A DNA stretch of 63,728 bases, counting the filler, from Octopus bimaculoides (taxonomy: Eukaryota), in NCBI RefSeq assembly GCF_001194135.2. It is 6 parts of 6 records of this genome, joined end to end, with 100 filler letters (N's around TTAATTAATTAA, not from the genome) between each part and the next. Parts side by side here need not be neighbours in the genome. Positions count along the whole stretch, not along the records: positions 21,981 to 47,317 come from NC_069008.1; 5 more parts are not named here. One strand, written 5' to 3'. Shown here one piece after another: positions 24,477-35,149 of the stretch. The notes beneath the pieces were generated by a model. The model saw only the letters and a list, made by a program, of their open reading frames with translations. It ran no database searches and had not been told where the DNA came from. How positions within the stretch are numbered: position 1 is the first letter of the stretch; each line of letters starts with the position of its first letter. Made by a program: the position numbers and the translations under genes.

Positions 24477-27017
24477 GAATGTAAACTCGTACAAGTTTAC
24501 ATTCTCCTAAAAGGAAGTTCTTATGAAAAAAAGGGGTCATTCACTCCCAGTGGTTTCTATGTTAGTTAAGCCATAGGTGGAAACCTAACTGGTGTTATTA
24601 CTCAGGGTCAGAGTAGACCTGGGAACCACAGNNNNNNNNNNNNNNNNNNNNNNNNNNNNNNNNNNNNNNNNNNNNNNNNNNNNNNNNNNNNNNNNNNNNN
24701 NNNNNNNNNNNNNNNNNNNNNNNNNNNNNNNNNNNNNNNNNNNNNNNNNNNNNNNNNNNNNNNNNNNNNNNNNNNNNNNNNNNNNNNNNNNNNNNNNNNN
24801 NNNNNNNNNNNNNNNNNNNNNNNNNNNNNNNNNNNNNNNNNNNNNNNNNNNNNNNNNNNNNNNNNNNNNNNNNNNNNNNNNNNNNNNNNNNNNNNNNNNN
24901 NNNNNNNNTGTGTTTACGCCCCTGTAACTTAGCGGTTCGGCAAAAGAGACCGACAGAAAAGGTACAAGGCTTAAAAATAAATAAATACTGGGATTGATTT
25001 GTTCGACTAAAAACCCTTCAAGGTGGTACTCCAGCATGGCCGCAGTCAAATGACTGAAANNNNNNNNNNNNNNNNNNNNNNNNNNNNNNNNNNNNNNNNN
25101 NNNNNNNNNNNNNNNNNNNNNNNNNNNNNNNNNNNNNNNNNNNNNNNNNNNNNNNNNNNNNAGGTGGTACTCCAGCATGGCCGCAGTCAAATGACTGAAA
25201 CAAGTAACAGAATACAATGTTAGCTCCAAATATTTTTACCTGATCTAATTCTGATATATGATGGCATCGACATAAAGTTGCCCAATACTTTATTACCAAT
25301 ATATAATCTCGGCAAATGGGAAATGCTACCCGTTTTCCCCATCAAAAGAGAGTATCTAGTTCACCATATGATACATGAGAAGACTTACCCATGGCTGCTA
25401 CATCANNNNNNNNNNNNNNNNNNNNNNNNNNNNNNNNNNNNNNNNNNNNNNNNNNNNNNNNNNNNNNNNNNNNNNNNNNNNNNNNNNNNNNNNNNNNNNN
25501 NNNNNNNNNNNNNNNNNNNNNNNNNNNNNNNNNNNNNNNNNNNNNNNNNNNNNNNNNNNNNNNNNNNNNNNNNNNNNNNNNNNNNNNNNNNNNNNNNNNN
25601 NNNNNNNNNNNNNNNNNNNNNNNNNNNNNNNNNNNNNNNNNNNNNNNNNNNNNNNNNNNNNNNNNNNNNNNNNNNNNNNNNNNNNNNNNNNNNNNNNNNN
25701 NNNNNNNNNNNNNNNNNNNNNNNNNNNNNNNNNNNNNNNNNNNNNNNNNNNNNNNNNNNNNNNNNNNNNNNNNNNNNNNNNNNNNNNNNNNNNNNNNNNN
25801 NNNNNNNNNNNNNNNNNNNNNNNNNNNNNNNNNNNNNNNNNNNNNNNNNNNNNNNNNNNNNNNNNNNNNNNNNNNNNNNNNNNNNNNNNNNNNNNNNNNN
25901 NNNNNNNNNNNNNNNNNNNNNNNNNNNNNNNNNNNNNNNNNNNNNNNNNNNNNNNNNNNNNNNNNNNNNNNNNNNNNNNNNNNNNNNNNNNNNNNNNNNN
26001 NNNNNNNNNNNNNNNNNNNNNNNNNNNNNNNNNNNNNNNNNNNNNNNNNNNNNNNNNNNNNNNNNNNNNNNNNNNNNNNNNNNNNNNNNNNNNNNNNNNN
26101 NNNNNNNNNNNNNNNNNNNNNNNNNNNNNNNNNNNNNNNNNNNNNNNNNNNNNNNNNNNNNNNNNNNNNNNNNNNGGCAAAATGTTTTAGCTCGTCTTCA
26201 CGTTCTGAGTTCAAATTCAGCCGAGATCGAATTTATCTTTCATCCTTTTGGGGGTCAATGAAATAAGTACCAGATGAGCACAAGAGTCGATTAAATTGAC
26301 TTACGCCCTCCTTCGGAATTGCTTGCCATGTGCCAAAATTTGAAATCTATTATTGCTTTCGTTATCTATAAAAGCCAACGTATTTTGTCTTTATGCACAA
26401 TAATATCTTCTGTTAAACGTTTGCGGGTGTTGTTCGATTAATTCTACACGCAGCACAAGAAACATATTTTCATTCCTTAAATCAACCAGATACCAGTGTA
26501 ACTAACAATAACAACAACACCCACACAACAATGTTTACATACATACATACATACTTATTTTGTGGCTGTGTCGTAAGTAACTTACTTACCNNNNNNNNNN
26601 NNNNNNNNNNNNNNNNNNNNNNNNNNNNNNNNNNNNNNNNNNNNNNNNNNNNNNNNNNNNNNNNNNNNNNNNNNNNNNNNNNNNNNNNNNNNNNNNNNNN
26701 NNNNNNNNNNNNNNNNNNNNNNNNNNNNNNNNNNNNNNNNNNNNNNNNNNNNNNNNNNNNNNNNNNNNNNNNNNNNNNNNNNNNNNNNNNNNNNNNNNNN
26801 NCGCTTGACAACCGATGTTTGTGTGTTTACGTCCCCGTAACTTAACGGTTCGGCACAAGGAGTCCGATAGAATAAGTATTAGGCTTACAAAGAATAAGTC
26901 CTGGGGTCGNNNNNNNNNNGTCGATTTGCTCGACTAAAGCCGGTGCTCCAGCATGGTCGCAGTCAAATGACAGAAACAAATGAAAGAATAAAAGAATAAA
27001 TATGAAATGTCTCTTAC

Positions 27018-27109
27018 CGTTACATAATCTGTTAGAACATCTATTAAAGTTAGCTGGACACATGGAGCAGGCACTACCACTTGTGTATATATTATTGCCA
27101 ATGTTTCCC
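27018..27109 (-). CDS. Internal coding exon: CAP (SCP/TAPS) domain C-terminus plus CRISP-type hinge
   Basis: Acceptor ctctgtctctctgtcatttttag|G and donor AACG|gtaaga. 92 nt, phase 2 to phase 1. GNIGNNIYTSGSACSMCPANFNRCSNRLCN matches CAP/CRISP GN....Y..G..CS.CP....C...LC. Confidence 0.9.
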
Positions 27110-28454
27110 CTAAAAATGACAGAGAGACAGAGTTACATGTGGGTTTCTTTGAGTGGCTGCAGGTAGTGTTGTCAGTGTTTATGTATGAGGATATATATAT
27201 ATTCAAAACTGTTCGTATATACACAGATAGACGGAGAGACGAACGGACGGACAGACAGTGAGACAGACAGACAGANNNNNNNNNNGACAGACAGACAGAC
27301 GAACGAATGGACAGACAAGCGGATGGACAGGCAAACAGACGGTCGGATAGACAAACAGCTGGATAGACAAGTAAACAAGTGAATGAAGGNNNNNNNNNNN
27401 NNNNNNNNNNNNNNNNNNNNNNNNNNNNNNNNNNNNNNNNNNNNNNNNNNNNNNNNNNNNNNNNNNNNNNNNNNNNNNNNNNNNNNNNNNNNNNNNNNNN
27501 NNNNNNNNNNNNNNNNNNNNNNNNNNNNNNNNNNNNNNNNNNNNNNNNNNNNNNNNNNNNNNNNNNNNNNNNNNNNNNNNNNNNNNNNNNNNNNNNNNNN
27601 NNNNNNNNNNNNNNNNNNNNNNNNNNNNNNNNNNNNNNNNNNNNNNNNNNNNNNNNNNNNNNNNNNNNNNNNNNNNNNNNNNNNNNNNNNNNNNNNNNNN
27701 NNNNNNNNNNNNNNNNNNNNNNNNNNNNNNNNNNNNNNNNNNNNNNNNNNNNNNNNNNNNNNNNNNNNNNNNNNNNNNNNNNNNNNNNNNNNNNNNNNNN
27801 NNNNNNNNNNNNNNNNNNNNNNNNNNNNNNNNNNNNNNNNNNNNNNNNNNNNNNNNNNNNNNNNNNNNNNNNNNNNNNNNNNNNNNNNNNNNNNNNNNNN
27901 NNNNNNNNNNNNNNNNNNNNNNNNNNNNNNNNNNNNNNNNNNNNNNNNNNNNNNNNNNNNNNNNNNNNNNNNNNNNNNNNNNNNNNNNNNNNNNNNNNNN
28001 NNNNNNNNNNNNNNNNNNNNNNNNNNNNNNNNNNNNNNNNNNNNNNNNNNNNNNNNNNNNNNNNNNNNNNNNNNNNNNNNTAGAGACAGATGGATATGTG
28101 CGCATGCGCGTGCACACAAACATACTCATACACATGCATACACCCATGCACAAACACACATACTAACACATATGTACATACACGCANNNNNNNNNNNNNN
28201 NNNNNNNNNNNNNNNNNNNNNNNNNNNNNNNNNNNNNNNNNNNNNNNNNNNNNNNNNNNNNNNNNNNNNNNNNNNNNNNNNNNNNNATTTGACTGTGGCC
28301 ATGCAGGAGCACCGCCTTTTAGTCAAGCAAATCGACACCAGGACTTATTTTTTGTAAGCCTAGTACTTATACATATATATGTATACAGGGAAATATATAT
28401 TAATTTCATACAAGAGAGTGCTGAATAGTTCTTGGCTTTGAGGATCAGCTGATT

Positions 28455-28701
28455 CTTTTATTCTTTTATGCATTTATTGGTTTCATTCATTTGACTGCAG
28501 CCATGCTGGAGCACTACGTTTAGCTGAACAAATCGATCCCAAGATTCATTCTTTGTAAGCCTTGTACTTATTTCTATCAGTCTCTTCTGTCGAACTGCAA
28601 AGTTACAGAGATGTAAACACACCAACATTGGTTGTCAAGCAATGGTGGAGGAGACAAACACATACACAAAAAAACACACACACATGCACACACACACACA
28701 G

Positions 28702-28736
<35 letters not shown>

Positions 28737-28875
28737 GGGCTTCTTTCAGTTTCCATCTACCAGATCCACTCACAAGGCCTTGGTTGACCCAAGGCTATAA
28801 TAGAAGACACTTGCCCAAGGTGCCACACAGTGGAACTGAACCTGGAACTATGTAGTTAGGAGCAAGCTTCTTACC
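28455..28875 (-). mobile_element. SINE family A, near full length with internal (CA)n
   Basis: gtttcattcatttgactgcagccatgctggagc...ggttgtcaagc...(CA)n...gggcttctttcagtttcc...gaagacacttgcccaagg...gaacc. Confidence 0.85.
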
Positions 28876-28884
28876 TGTGCCTAT

Positions 28885-29027
28885 TCCATGTAATCCTCTC
28901 TCAGATTCACACTTTTTGCAGCAGTCCTTCAGTTTTTCTAATCCATGTAAAAGAACTTGGAAGACTGGGCCTCCAACCAAGACCTTGGCAACACCCTTAA
29001 AGCCAGGAGCTTTTGAGCATACCTTCA

Positions 29028-29028
<1 letters not shown>
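28885..29028 (-). mobile_element. Partial mariner-derived MITE (same family as 50543-50760)
   Basis: Reverse-complement homology to 50545-50690, including the TIR ...aaaagctcctggcttt. Confidence 0.75.
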
Positions 29029-29070
<42 letters not shown>

Positions 29071-29555
29071 NNNNNNNNNNNNNNNNNNNNNNNNNNNNNN
29101 NNNNNNNNNNNNNNNNNNNNNNNNNNNNNNNNNNNNNNNNNNNNNNNNNNNNNNNNNNNNNNNNNNNNNNNNNNNNNNNNNNNNNNNNNNNNNNNNNNNN
29201 NNNNNNNNNNNNNNNNNNNNNNNNNNNNNNNNNNNNNNNNNNNNNNNNNNNNNNNNNNNNNNNNNNNNNNNNNNNNNNNNNNNNNNNNNNNNNNNNNNNN
29301 NNNNNNNNNNNNNNNNNNNNTATATATATATATATATATATATTAATTCATGTATATATTGATATTATCTCGGTTGAAAAAACTTCGATAATGTAAATAT
29401 GTTAATGGTTACCAGTGAAGCAAAAAGCACACTAAAACTGGGATATCATACCCGTTTAATAGGTAGAAATACCAAGTTAAAGTGATGTATTTTGAGTAGA
29501 TATAAAGAATAATAATAAATGGAGCAAAACGCATATAATCAATAAGATCCTTTAA

Positions 29556-29642
29556 TTCCTACATATGTTTCAAAATATATGTACACTCTACTCCAAAGAA
29601 GTAAGAGGTGCTGGAATTGCACATAAATTCATCCTCAGGGAA
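29556..29642 (-). ncRNA. Type-I hammerhead ribozyme with extended stem II
   Basis: UUCC-CUGAGGA-U-[~13-bp stem GAAUUUAUGUGCA/UGUACAUAUAUUU plus distal hairpin UACUUC-UUU-GGAGUA]-GAAA-CAUAUG (palindromic stem III)-UA/GGAA. Confidence 0.8.
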
Positions 29643-30327
29643 CCAACATACAAAAGCAAGACTTGCGCTAAATGCTAAGGTTGCGTACGAGTTATAACAT
29701 TATATAGCTAAGTAAATGACCGTTGGTTTACAGGGAGCTATTAAGGGAGAGATGCTGAGAACACTATACTAAAAGTTTAAATTAGAGGAAGGCATAATGG
29801 ACCGCAGTAAAATCCCAAAATCTAAATTAAAAAAAAATGGTAAACAATGGTAAACAAAAAAACTCAGTAAAGGAGGAAGGGAGAGAATCCAATGAATTCA
29901 TTATATATTATTACTCCTTGTGTAAACAAACTTACATACTGAGGTAGAACTAAGCAAAGATTGTAAATATAAGAAATTAAACAACCATAGCATTGAATCG
30001 TATTAAGATACGGTTATTAATCTAAATAAATGGTAATACAAGGTACAAAACTATAGTGTGATGAAATAATAATAATAAACATGCTTACGAGAACAAGATC
30101 AAAATTATGTAAGTAAAAAACCAGTATGCTTCAAACTCAACGAATGTAGCTTTACTGGGAAAGACTGGCTGAACCAACTATGGAAGGGGAAAGAGTAAAT
30201 ATAACTAGTGTTGGGATTAGATATAATTGTTATTTAAGATAATATTTTAATGATATTCCTGTTATTGTTATTATCATTATTATAATAAATATAAAAATAA
30301 ATTAAATATTATCATTATTACTATTAT

Positions 30328-30550
30328 TAAAGAATAAAAAGTTTAGGAAGGTATAACAATGCAATATAGAACAAAAAATGGACTGTATACCTGTATATTT
30401 ATAGCAGAGACTCCAGCAAATTAAGATCTGAAGAAGGAATTCTAATTCCGAAATATCATCGGACTACAGTTTACCAAGTTACAACAGGTATACAGTCCAT
30501 TTTTTGTTCTATATTGCATCGTTATACCTTCCTAAACTTTTTATTCTTTA
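30328..30550. repeat. 67-bp near-perfect inverted repeat (1 mismatch) enclosing an 89-nt loop with an HHR motif
   Basis: Arms 30328-30394 and 30484-30550 are reverse complements except at one position. Confidence 0.95.
30425..30460 (+). ncRNA. Minimal hammerhead motif inside the hairpin loop
   Basis: GAU-CUGAAGA-A-GGAAU(UCUA)AUUCC-GAAA-UA-UC/AUC. Core and 5-bp stem II perfect. Stem I 3 bp. Stem III only a 2-bp palindrome, so dimer-dependent. Confidence 0.65.
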
Positions 30551-31648
30551 CAAACAATACACAATGCTTCAAGCGAACTACAATACTCTCCTATTACTAT
30601 TATTGTTATTGTCTAAAGTTAAGGGTAAATACTAAGCTGGGACATTGTACATACCACTTGTAAGGCGGACGTCCACTAGCGAGAATGTCATGGTGAAAAA
30701 AAAAAAAATAATAATAACTAAAATTGGTAAGAAGGATGAAATTAACGATAAGAACTGAAGGTGTGTTTCCTCCAATGCTGGCATCTGTATGCTCTCTGTG
30801 TTATCTGGTTTACTAAATTATTTTTGGAAAACAGAATGTGGAATAGCTCCAAGTTACAAAGAGGACAAAATTCTTTACCCTTGTCGTAGGGTATTGGGGT
30901 AGCCAGTATTGACCATTCCAAAGAGAATTGTTTATTGCAATCCTTAAGTTTCCAGATTAATTTACTTAGACCAGTACTATTAATTTTATTCCTATCCCTA
31001 AAGGAAGAATAATGGCTGGAAATTCTCTTGGAGACCTGCGTCGAGGAGCTACCCACATAATGCGAGACGTCTGTGTTAGTCATTACCTTACATTGATAAA
31101 CCACATTTTTGGTCCTGGCATTCGCACTTAAAAACTTAATTCTATTACAATTAGATTCCGAGATACTAATCTTATTGTTGTTACACTGATTGCTATATTT
31201 ACTAATGTTGTACTTATTACCTTTATTTTTTACCTAAATAACTTTTGCCACCATATGATGTGTTAAATTACTGGAGTAATTATTATTATTATTATTGTTA
31301 TAAACATTACTATTATTATCATCATAATTGGGATGGTTGACTGAAATTATAGGAAGATATTATCTGTAACAAATTTTTAGTATTAGAAAACCAAAATCTA
31401 ACCTTATGTGTGTTGATGATTGGGTAATAGTGAGAACCCCTAGGAAAGTTCCTATTCACCGCGTCGCGGAACTGCAAAACCAAATTGGATTTAACTTGTT
31501 TCCCGAACGGGACGATGAACCAGATATTTTCATCAGATCTAGGTACAGTGTTAGTATAGTTGAATAAATTAAGTTTTCTGTTTTTATTAAGGTGTTTAGA
31601 GCCAGTTAGGCCTCCTCCCTTATGTGAATGATTATAAGTATGTGCCAC

Positions 31649-31734
<86 letters not shown>

Positions 31735-32100
31735 NNNNNNNNNNNNNNNNNNNNNNNNNNNNNNNNNNNNNNNNNNNNNNNNNNNNNNNNNNNNNNNNNN
31801 NNNNNNNNNNNNNNNNNNNNNNNNNNNNNNNNNNNNNNNNNNNNNNNNNNNNNNNNNNNNNNNNNNNNNNNNNNNNNNNNNNNNNNNNNNNNNNNNNNNN
31901 NNNNNNNNNNNNNNNNNNNNNNNNNNNNNNNNNNNNNNNNNNNNNNNNNNNNNNNNNNNNNNNNNNNNNNNNNNNNNNNNNNNNNNNNNNNNNNNNNNNN
32001 NNNNNNNNNNNNNNNNNNNNNNNNNNNNNNNNNNNNNNNNNNNNNNNNNNNNNNNNNNNNNNNNNNNNNNNNNNNNNNNNNNNNNNNNNNNNTATGTAAA

Positions 32101-32645
32101 TTAATAATATCAAGGGTAATGAGAAATATTAGAAATTTCTACTACCAGTGGCCTAACGTGTAAAAATTTAGTCAATAGACTATATATTATTCATATAAAT
32201 ACAATGTACATTTAAACACATAAGAGGTATCCATCATAGGATTCCTTGCACGCTAGAAAGAACAGCTAAGTTCCAAACCACTATTAGGGATAAAATAGGG
32301 AATGAAAAATAAAAACATTTACCATTTAGCTCCTAGATCATGGTTTCTGACTTATTTTAGCAAATAAAATAACTTGCCAGGTGAAGTCTTCTTCAGCAGG
32401 TACACCCAGATTAAACATATATTCACGAGGCAATCCCGTATATGCCCCATGCTTATACATTCTAATTTTTCAGATCTACCGCACAAGCGCAGCTGCTTGT
32501 TGGCAATAAATGAAAAATGCCGGTGTTTCAATTCGAAAATTATCCAGAAAAATTTATCAATAATTAATAACGTCAAGGGTAATAAGAAATATTAGAAATG
32601 TCTACTACCAGTGGCCTAGCGTGTAAAAATTTAGTCCATAGACAT
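32101..32645 (-). mobile_element. ~463-nt HHR-containing monomer flanked by ~80-bp direct repeats (pLTR or retrozyme-like)
   Basis: ttaataa..tcaagggtaat.agaaatattagaaat.tctactaccagtggccta.cgtgtaaaaatttagtc.atagac at 32101-32180 and 32564-32643. Degenerate HHR at 32332-32400 on the minus strand. Confidence 0.7.
32332..32400 (-). ncRNA. Degenerate type-I hammerhead ribozyme
   Basis: CCUG-CUGAAGA-A-GAC...GUC-A-GAAA-CCAUGA-UC/UAGG. Extra A before GAAA and a broken CCAUGG palindrome. Confidence 0.55.
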
Positions 32646-32654
32646 ATATATATA

Positions 32655-33395
32655 TGTATGTGCTACATCCTCGCCAGAAAAAGGGGAAAAGGGCTGCTTA
32701 TAAATGCCAAAACTTTCCCAGGCGAAGAATGTACCCCTCAACATAGATTAGTAGTTTGCGACTTCAGGATCAGGGCTAAATGGATGCCCAGAAGTAGACC
32801 AGCTTGGAGGAGAAGGATCTGGAAGCTTAAAGATCCTGCAAATGGACAGAGATTTAGAGACGTATTACTCGAAGCCTTCGACGAAATAGAAGGGGATATA
32901 GCATCGCATAATGTGGAAGACAACTAGAGGTTTCTACGGGACAACCTGCTGAGAGCCACTGACCAGATATGTGGATGGTGCAAAGTCTCCTCTCGATCCA
33001 AAGTAACGTGGTGGTGGAACAATGTGGTTGACAGGGCTGTTAGACAAAAGAAACAGGCTTGGAAGGACTGGAATAACGGAGGTAGCAGGGAATTGTATCA
33101 GACTGCCAGAAAGGAAGCTAGGAGACAGGTTTATTTAGCCAGAGGGGAAGCAGATAAGAAAAGATTTGCCAATGTTCTGCACCGTGAGGACCAAAGACTT
33201 GAGGTATTTCATGTTGCAAGACAGTGTGTGAGAGAGAATCGTGATGTTGTAGGAGAGAAATGTGTCCGCATGGATGATGGTTCACGTGCACTAAACGAGG
33301 CTGCAAAGAGAGAGGTTTGGAGATGCCACCATGAAAGGTTGCTTAATAAAGAGAATGAATGGGAGTAAGAGAGTCTGCCGAATGTCGACCCAACA
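32655..33395 (+). mobile_element. RTE-clade LINE fragment (APE C-terminus and linker)
   Basis: NAKTFPGEECTPQHRLVVCDF...IWKLKD...TWWWNNVVDRAV..KKQAWK.W...REVW..H.E.LLN.ENEW. Confidence 0.9.
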
Positions 33396-34651
33396 GGGTC
33401 TTTTCTCGCCGGTCCGTCCTAGCCCGTTCTCTTGGATGTGGTTTCGCTAGNNNNNNNNNNAAGAGAGTCTGCCGAATGTCGACCCAACAGGGTCTTTTCT
33501 CGCCGGTCCGTCCTAGCCCGTTCTCTTGGATGTGGTTTCGCTAGACAGTGGACAGGGACAGTGGGAATCTCGTTGATCCACTCATGCGCGTCACTAATTA
33601 GACGACGAGGATTAATCAACGAAATACAGTGTCTGCAAGTTGATGGGTACCTCATATTCCCCTCCATTATCTAAAACTGGAATTTCCGTTTATAGATGNN
33701 NNNNNNNNNNNNNNNNNNNNNNNNNNNNNNNNNNNNNNNNNNNNNNNNNNNNNNNNNNNNNNNNNNNNNNNNNNNNNNNNNNNNNNNNNNNNNNNNNNNN
33801 NNNNNNNNNNNNNNNNNNNNNNNNNNNNNNNNNNNNNNNNNNNNNNNNNNNNNNNNNNNNNNNNNNNNNNNNNNNNNNNNNNNNNNNNNNNNNNNNNNNN
33901 NNNNNNNNNNNNNNNNNNNNNNNNNNNNNACACCCAGTCTAATGCTGGCAGCAGCGCAGCACGTAGAACTAGGACTAGGAAAGTTTTGTGGTTCAACCCA
34001 GCTTTCAATATGGCCGTAAGAACTAATATAGGTAAGGAATTCTTAAAATTGGTCACTAGGCACTTTCAACCTGATCATAAGTTTTACAGAATATTTAATA
34101 GAAGAACGCTTAAGATTAGCTATTCTTGCTGCAAAAACTTCGCCTCTTCGATCAGCCAGCACAACAATAAGATAATTGCCAAAAACAATAATGCCGACTC
34201 ACTTACAAAGAGCTATAATTTCAAAGATCGAACCTCCTGTCCGTTGGAAGGGAGATGTCTAGAAAAGGGTATCGTGTATAGGACCAAAGTCCAGATAGAA
34301 GCTCGCACGATTATAGAACTTATACAGGGGCTACAGAAAATTCTTTTAAAACCAGGCTGTATTCGCACAGCAATTCTTTTAGATACCCTGAAAATAGGAC
34401 AAAGACGAGCCTGGCAAAATANNNNNNNNNNNNNNNNNNNNNNNNNNNNNNNNNNNNNNNNNNNNNNNNNNNNNNNNNNNNNNNNNNNNNNNNNNNNNNN
34501 NNNNNNNNNNNNNNNNNNNNNTCTTTTCTCTCATATGTTCATATGTTGTGACGGAGAAAAACACAAGAGTATTATCATAGTAGACATCACCATGCTTGAT
34601 CGCTAAATCCACAGGTTTTTTTATTCTCTCTCTGTTTATTTTCTCTTATTC

Positions 34652-34687
34652 CTTTCTGTTGAAGAGCGTAGGCTTGAAACATAAAAG
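34652..34687 (+). ncRNA. Variant or decayed minimal hammerhead motif in the Naiad pLTR
   Basis: CUUU-CUGUUGA-A-GAGC(GUAG)GCUU-GAAA-CA-UA/AAAG. A6U variant, plus two changes explicable as CpG decay. Confidence 0.55.
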
Positions 34688-34702
34688 ACCTTCTCACCTT
34701 TC

Positions 34703-34800
34703 ATATTGATACTTAACATACCATTGACTCAAATGCTTTTAACAATTCAATATCAACAGAAGATTGGCATTACAGGTGTTTGTGTTAGTGTGTGAGCATA
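34703..34800. repeat. 98-bp perfect inverted duplicate of 38218-38315
   Basis: Base-by-base reverse-complement identity, extending into the flanking microsatellite. Confidence 0.95.
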
Positions 34801-34844
<44 letters not shown>

Positions 34845-35149
34845 TATGCATATATGTGTACACCTGTCTTCATCTTTTGTTTCTCTGTAAATTTTAAATA
34901 TATACTTATGTATGTATGTATATATGTATGTATGTATGCATGCATGTATGTATGTATGTATGCATGTATGAATAAATGTACATATGTATGTATGACGGGC
35001 TTCTTTCAGTTTCTGTCAACCATATCTATTCACAAGATTTTGGTAAGCCTGTAGCTATAGAAGACACTTGCCCAAGGTGCTAAACAATGGGACTGAACTC
35101 AGAACCATGTGGTTGGAAAGCAAACTTATTACCCCCCAACCACACCTGC

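Larger units (their letters stand above)
29345..31620 (-). mobile_element. Naiad-like PLE 3' portion: linker domain, Asn-rich spacer, GIY-YIG endonuclease, long 3' UTR and HHR
   Basis: NIWFIVPFGKQVKSNL..F.DAV.RNFP.GSHYY.IIN.HKV.F.FSN.KNL.QIISSYN (31330-31530). ORF 30742-31104 NVVYQCKV...YVGSS..VSKRISSHYSSFR...STGLSKLIWKLK...F.LEWSIL...YD.G...C.LCNLE...CQH. No RT seen in readable sequence. Confidence 0.85.
33930..34910 (+). mobile_element. Naiad-type PLE 3' portion (linker, GIY-YIG, pLTR with HHR)
   Basis: RTRTRKVLWFNPAFN..VRTNIGKEFLKL..RHF..DHK..RIFNR.TLKISYSC..N..S.ISQHNNKI...CPLEGRCLEKGIVYRTKV. After a frameshift: YTGATENSFKTRLYSHSNSFRY...TSLAK. Confidence 0.9.

Noticed and set aside
33365-33545. 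~85-bp tandem duplication (also 23970-24060, 25021-25203, 59455-59538)
   Set aside because: Each pair is identical and straddles a short N gap, so these are unmerged contig overlaps.
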